A stretch of DNA of 64,000 nucleotides, from the NCBI GenBank assembly GCA_002633005.1, contig NMRA01000007.1, positions 177,290 to 241,289 on the forward strand, given 5' to 3'. The DNA is from Phoronis australis. Taxonomy: Eukaryota; Animalia; Phoronida. The notes beneath the pieces were generated by a model. It was not told the DNA's origin. It ran no database searches and was given only the letters and a program-made list of their open reading frames with translations. Positions 62,604 to 64,000 of the stretch are shown one piece after another (the stretch's first letter is position 1; each line of letters begins with the position of its first letter). Made by a program: the position numbers and the translations under genes.

Positions 62604-63272
62604 CAGTGGCGAATTTAAAAGGAGTAAGACGGGTCCATATGCTCACATAAATATATTTAACGAGTGAAATACCATTTATGATCGACATATGTCCCGAATA
62701 ATAGATAAATGATGCGTGCGTCGCAAGCTCGTTATCAGGGATGAAAAGGAGACCGAGGTAGGCGATATAAGGTCATTTATTATGACTAGTAATTACAATA
62801 AAATGAATACATGTAAATAACGTATAATAGGTAATCTCTAGTAAGATGGGCAATAAAAAGCGCCACAATGTAATAAGCATTACAAAAAGAAGGAGGTTTC
62901 GCGCGCAAACGCTGTGGACCATAAACAAGTAGCTAGGTCTCTTAGTGCCAAGTTAGGAATTAAATTGTGGTGGTGCAGTGGTAAAGCACGCCAGGTCGTG
63001 AGTTCGAGTCTGTGGTTCTTGCAGGTTTTCCTGTTTCCCTCTTTCTCCGTGTTTTTTCTTTGTTTGCTTTTTTTCTTGGATATTACTTCGGGAATCAAGG
63101 ACAATGCTTGATTGTTAGAGAAAAAAACAAAAAAATTTCCTGGGCGGGAGGGGGCAAACCCCCCTCCCGACCTCCTCCATTCGGTGCTACGCACATCTAC
63201 AATCTTCCTTTGAGCAAATGTTTACAGACCAAATGTTACCCTCCCCCTTGTGATATCCTAGATTCGCCACTG
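62604..63272 (+). mobile_element. Second copy of the tRNA-box-containing repeat with CAGTGGCGAAT...ATTCGCCACTG inverted ends
   Basis: 11-bp terminal inverted repeats; 3' 400 bp align with 53277-53678; no TSD seen. Confidence 0.6.
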
Positions 63273-64000
63273 GTTGTTGATGTGCGTGGCGGCAGTGGCA
63301 TAAGAGTCGCTACAATCGAGCTTCCCTTTTTCTGTTACCTCAGTAAACACCATGTGCTTATTATCCATAGACACGATTCGTGTCTTCAGTCTGTGACTGG
63401 TGTCAGCAGCTTGTCCCATCGTAGTGTAGTGACGATAGGATCGGGGAGCTGGTGGGATGCGCTTTTAATCCCATTAAAAGTTACGGTTTACACGGCACGA
63501 AATAGGCCGAACAACTGACTAGGTCATGAAATCAAAAACAAACATTTCATCAATGTATTCTACCTTGGTGGTTATAAACTTAAAGACCCTACATAACGGC
63601 CAAATGACTTTTGAACATGTTAAATATATGTATCAGTGATCGACACAAACATATCATCCCTCCCTTTACTCCTGGCATTAGCTAATTACGCCAATTACTA
63701 TCGTACGACCCCATCATGAACCCCATTTAGCGCCGAAAAAAAACTTTAGGTGGCGCTCGTTCTAATCGACGCAAATGACGTCATCGTTGGTACCCAAGAC
63801 GTATCGAACAGTCCGTTGCCACAGGAAGCTTACCTTACAGTGTCTGGTGCATATTTCACAGATTTTCAAAATTACAACTGTTAGAGACAACCAAGCTCAA
63901 ATACTATGCGACACTTATCTCGACACTTCCACGCGCATGTAATATCCTAAAACTCACTGTCCCTTGATCAGTAGTTTAGCGTCGCCGCAGACAGTAGCGC

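Overview
AT-rich, intron-containing animal DNA, most likely a bilaterian invertebrate (GT-AG introns, CTCF-like motifs, MITEs, Penelope and LINE debris). Bases 1-44.2 kb hold four recognisable genes. These are the 3' part of a DAAM-family formin (+, 17 exons visible, ending 14349), a complete legumain/asparaginyl endopeptidase (-, 12 exons, about 457 aa), a TEX30-like alpha/beta-hydrolase (+, head-to-head with legumain across about 280 bp carrying CLEAR/E-box motifs) and an intronless C8orf34-like ORF. Bases 44.3-64 kb are mostly transposon-derived. The least explained signal is a chain of small minus-strand exons with canonical splice sites inside the DAAM introns and probably its 3'UTR. They assemble into an unrecognised protein with at least one phase break and one or more stops, i.e. 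a nested antisense gene or a decaying pseudogene. A similar but weaker antisense exon set overlaps TEX30. Single-N gaps lie at 1580, 32986 and 53093, and two of them flank probable haplotype duplications. All calls come from reading the sequence and recalling protein families; no searches were run.
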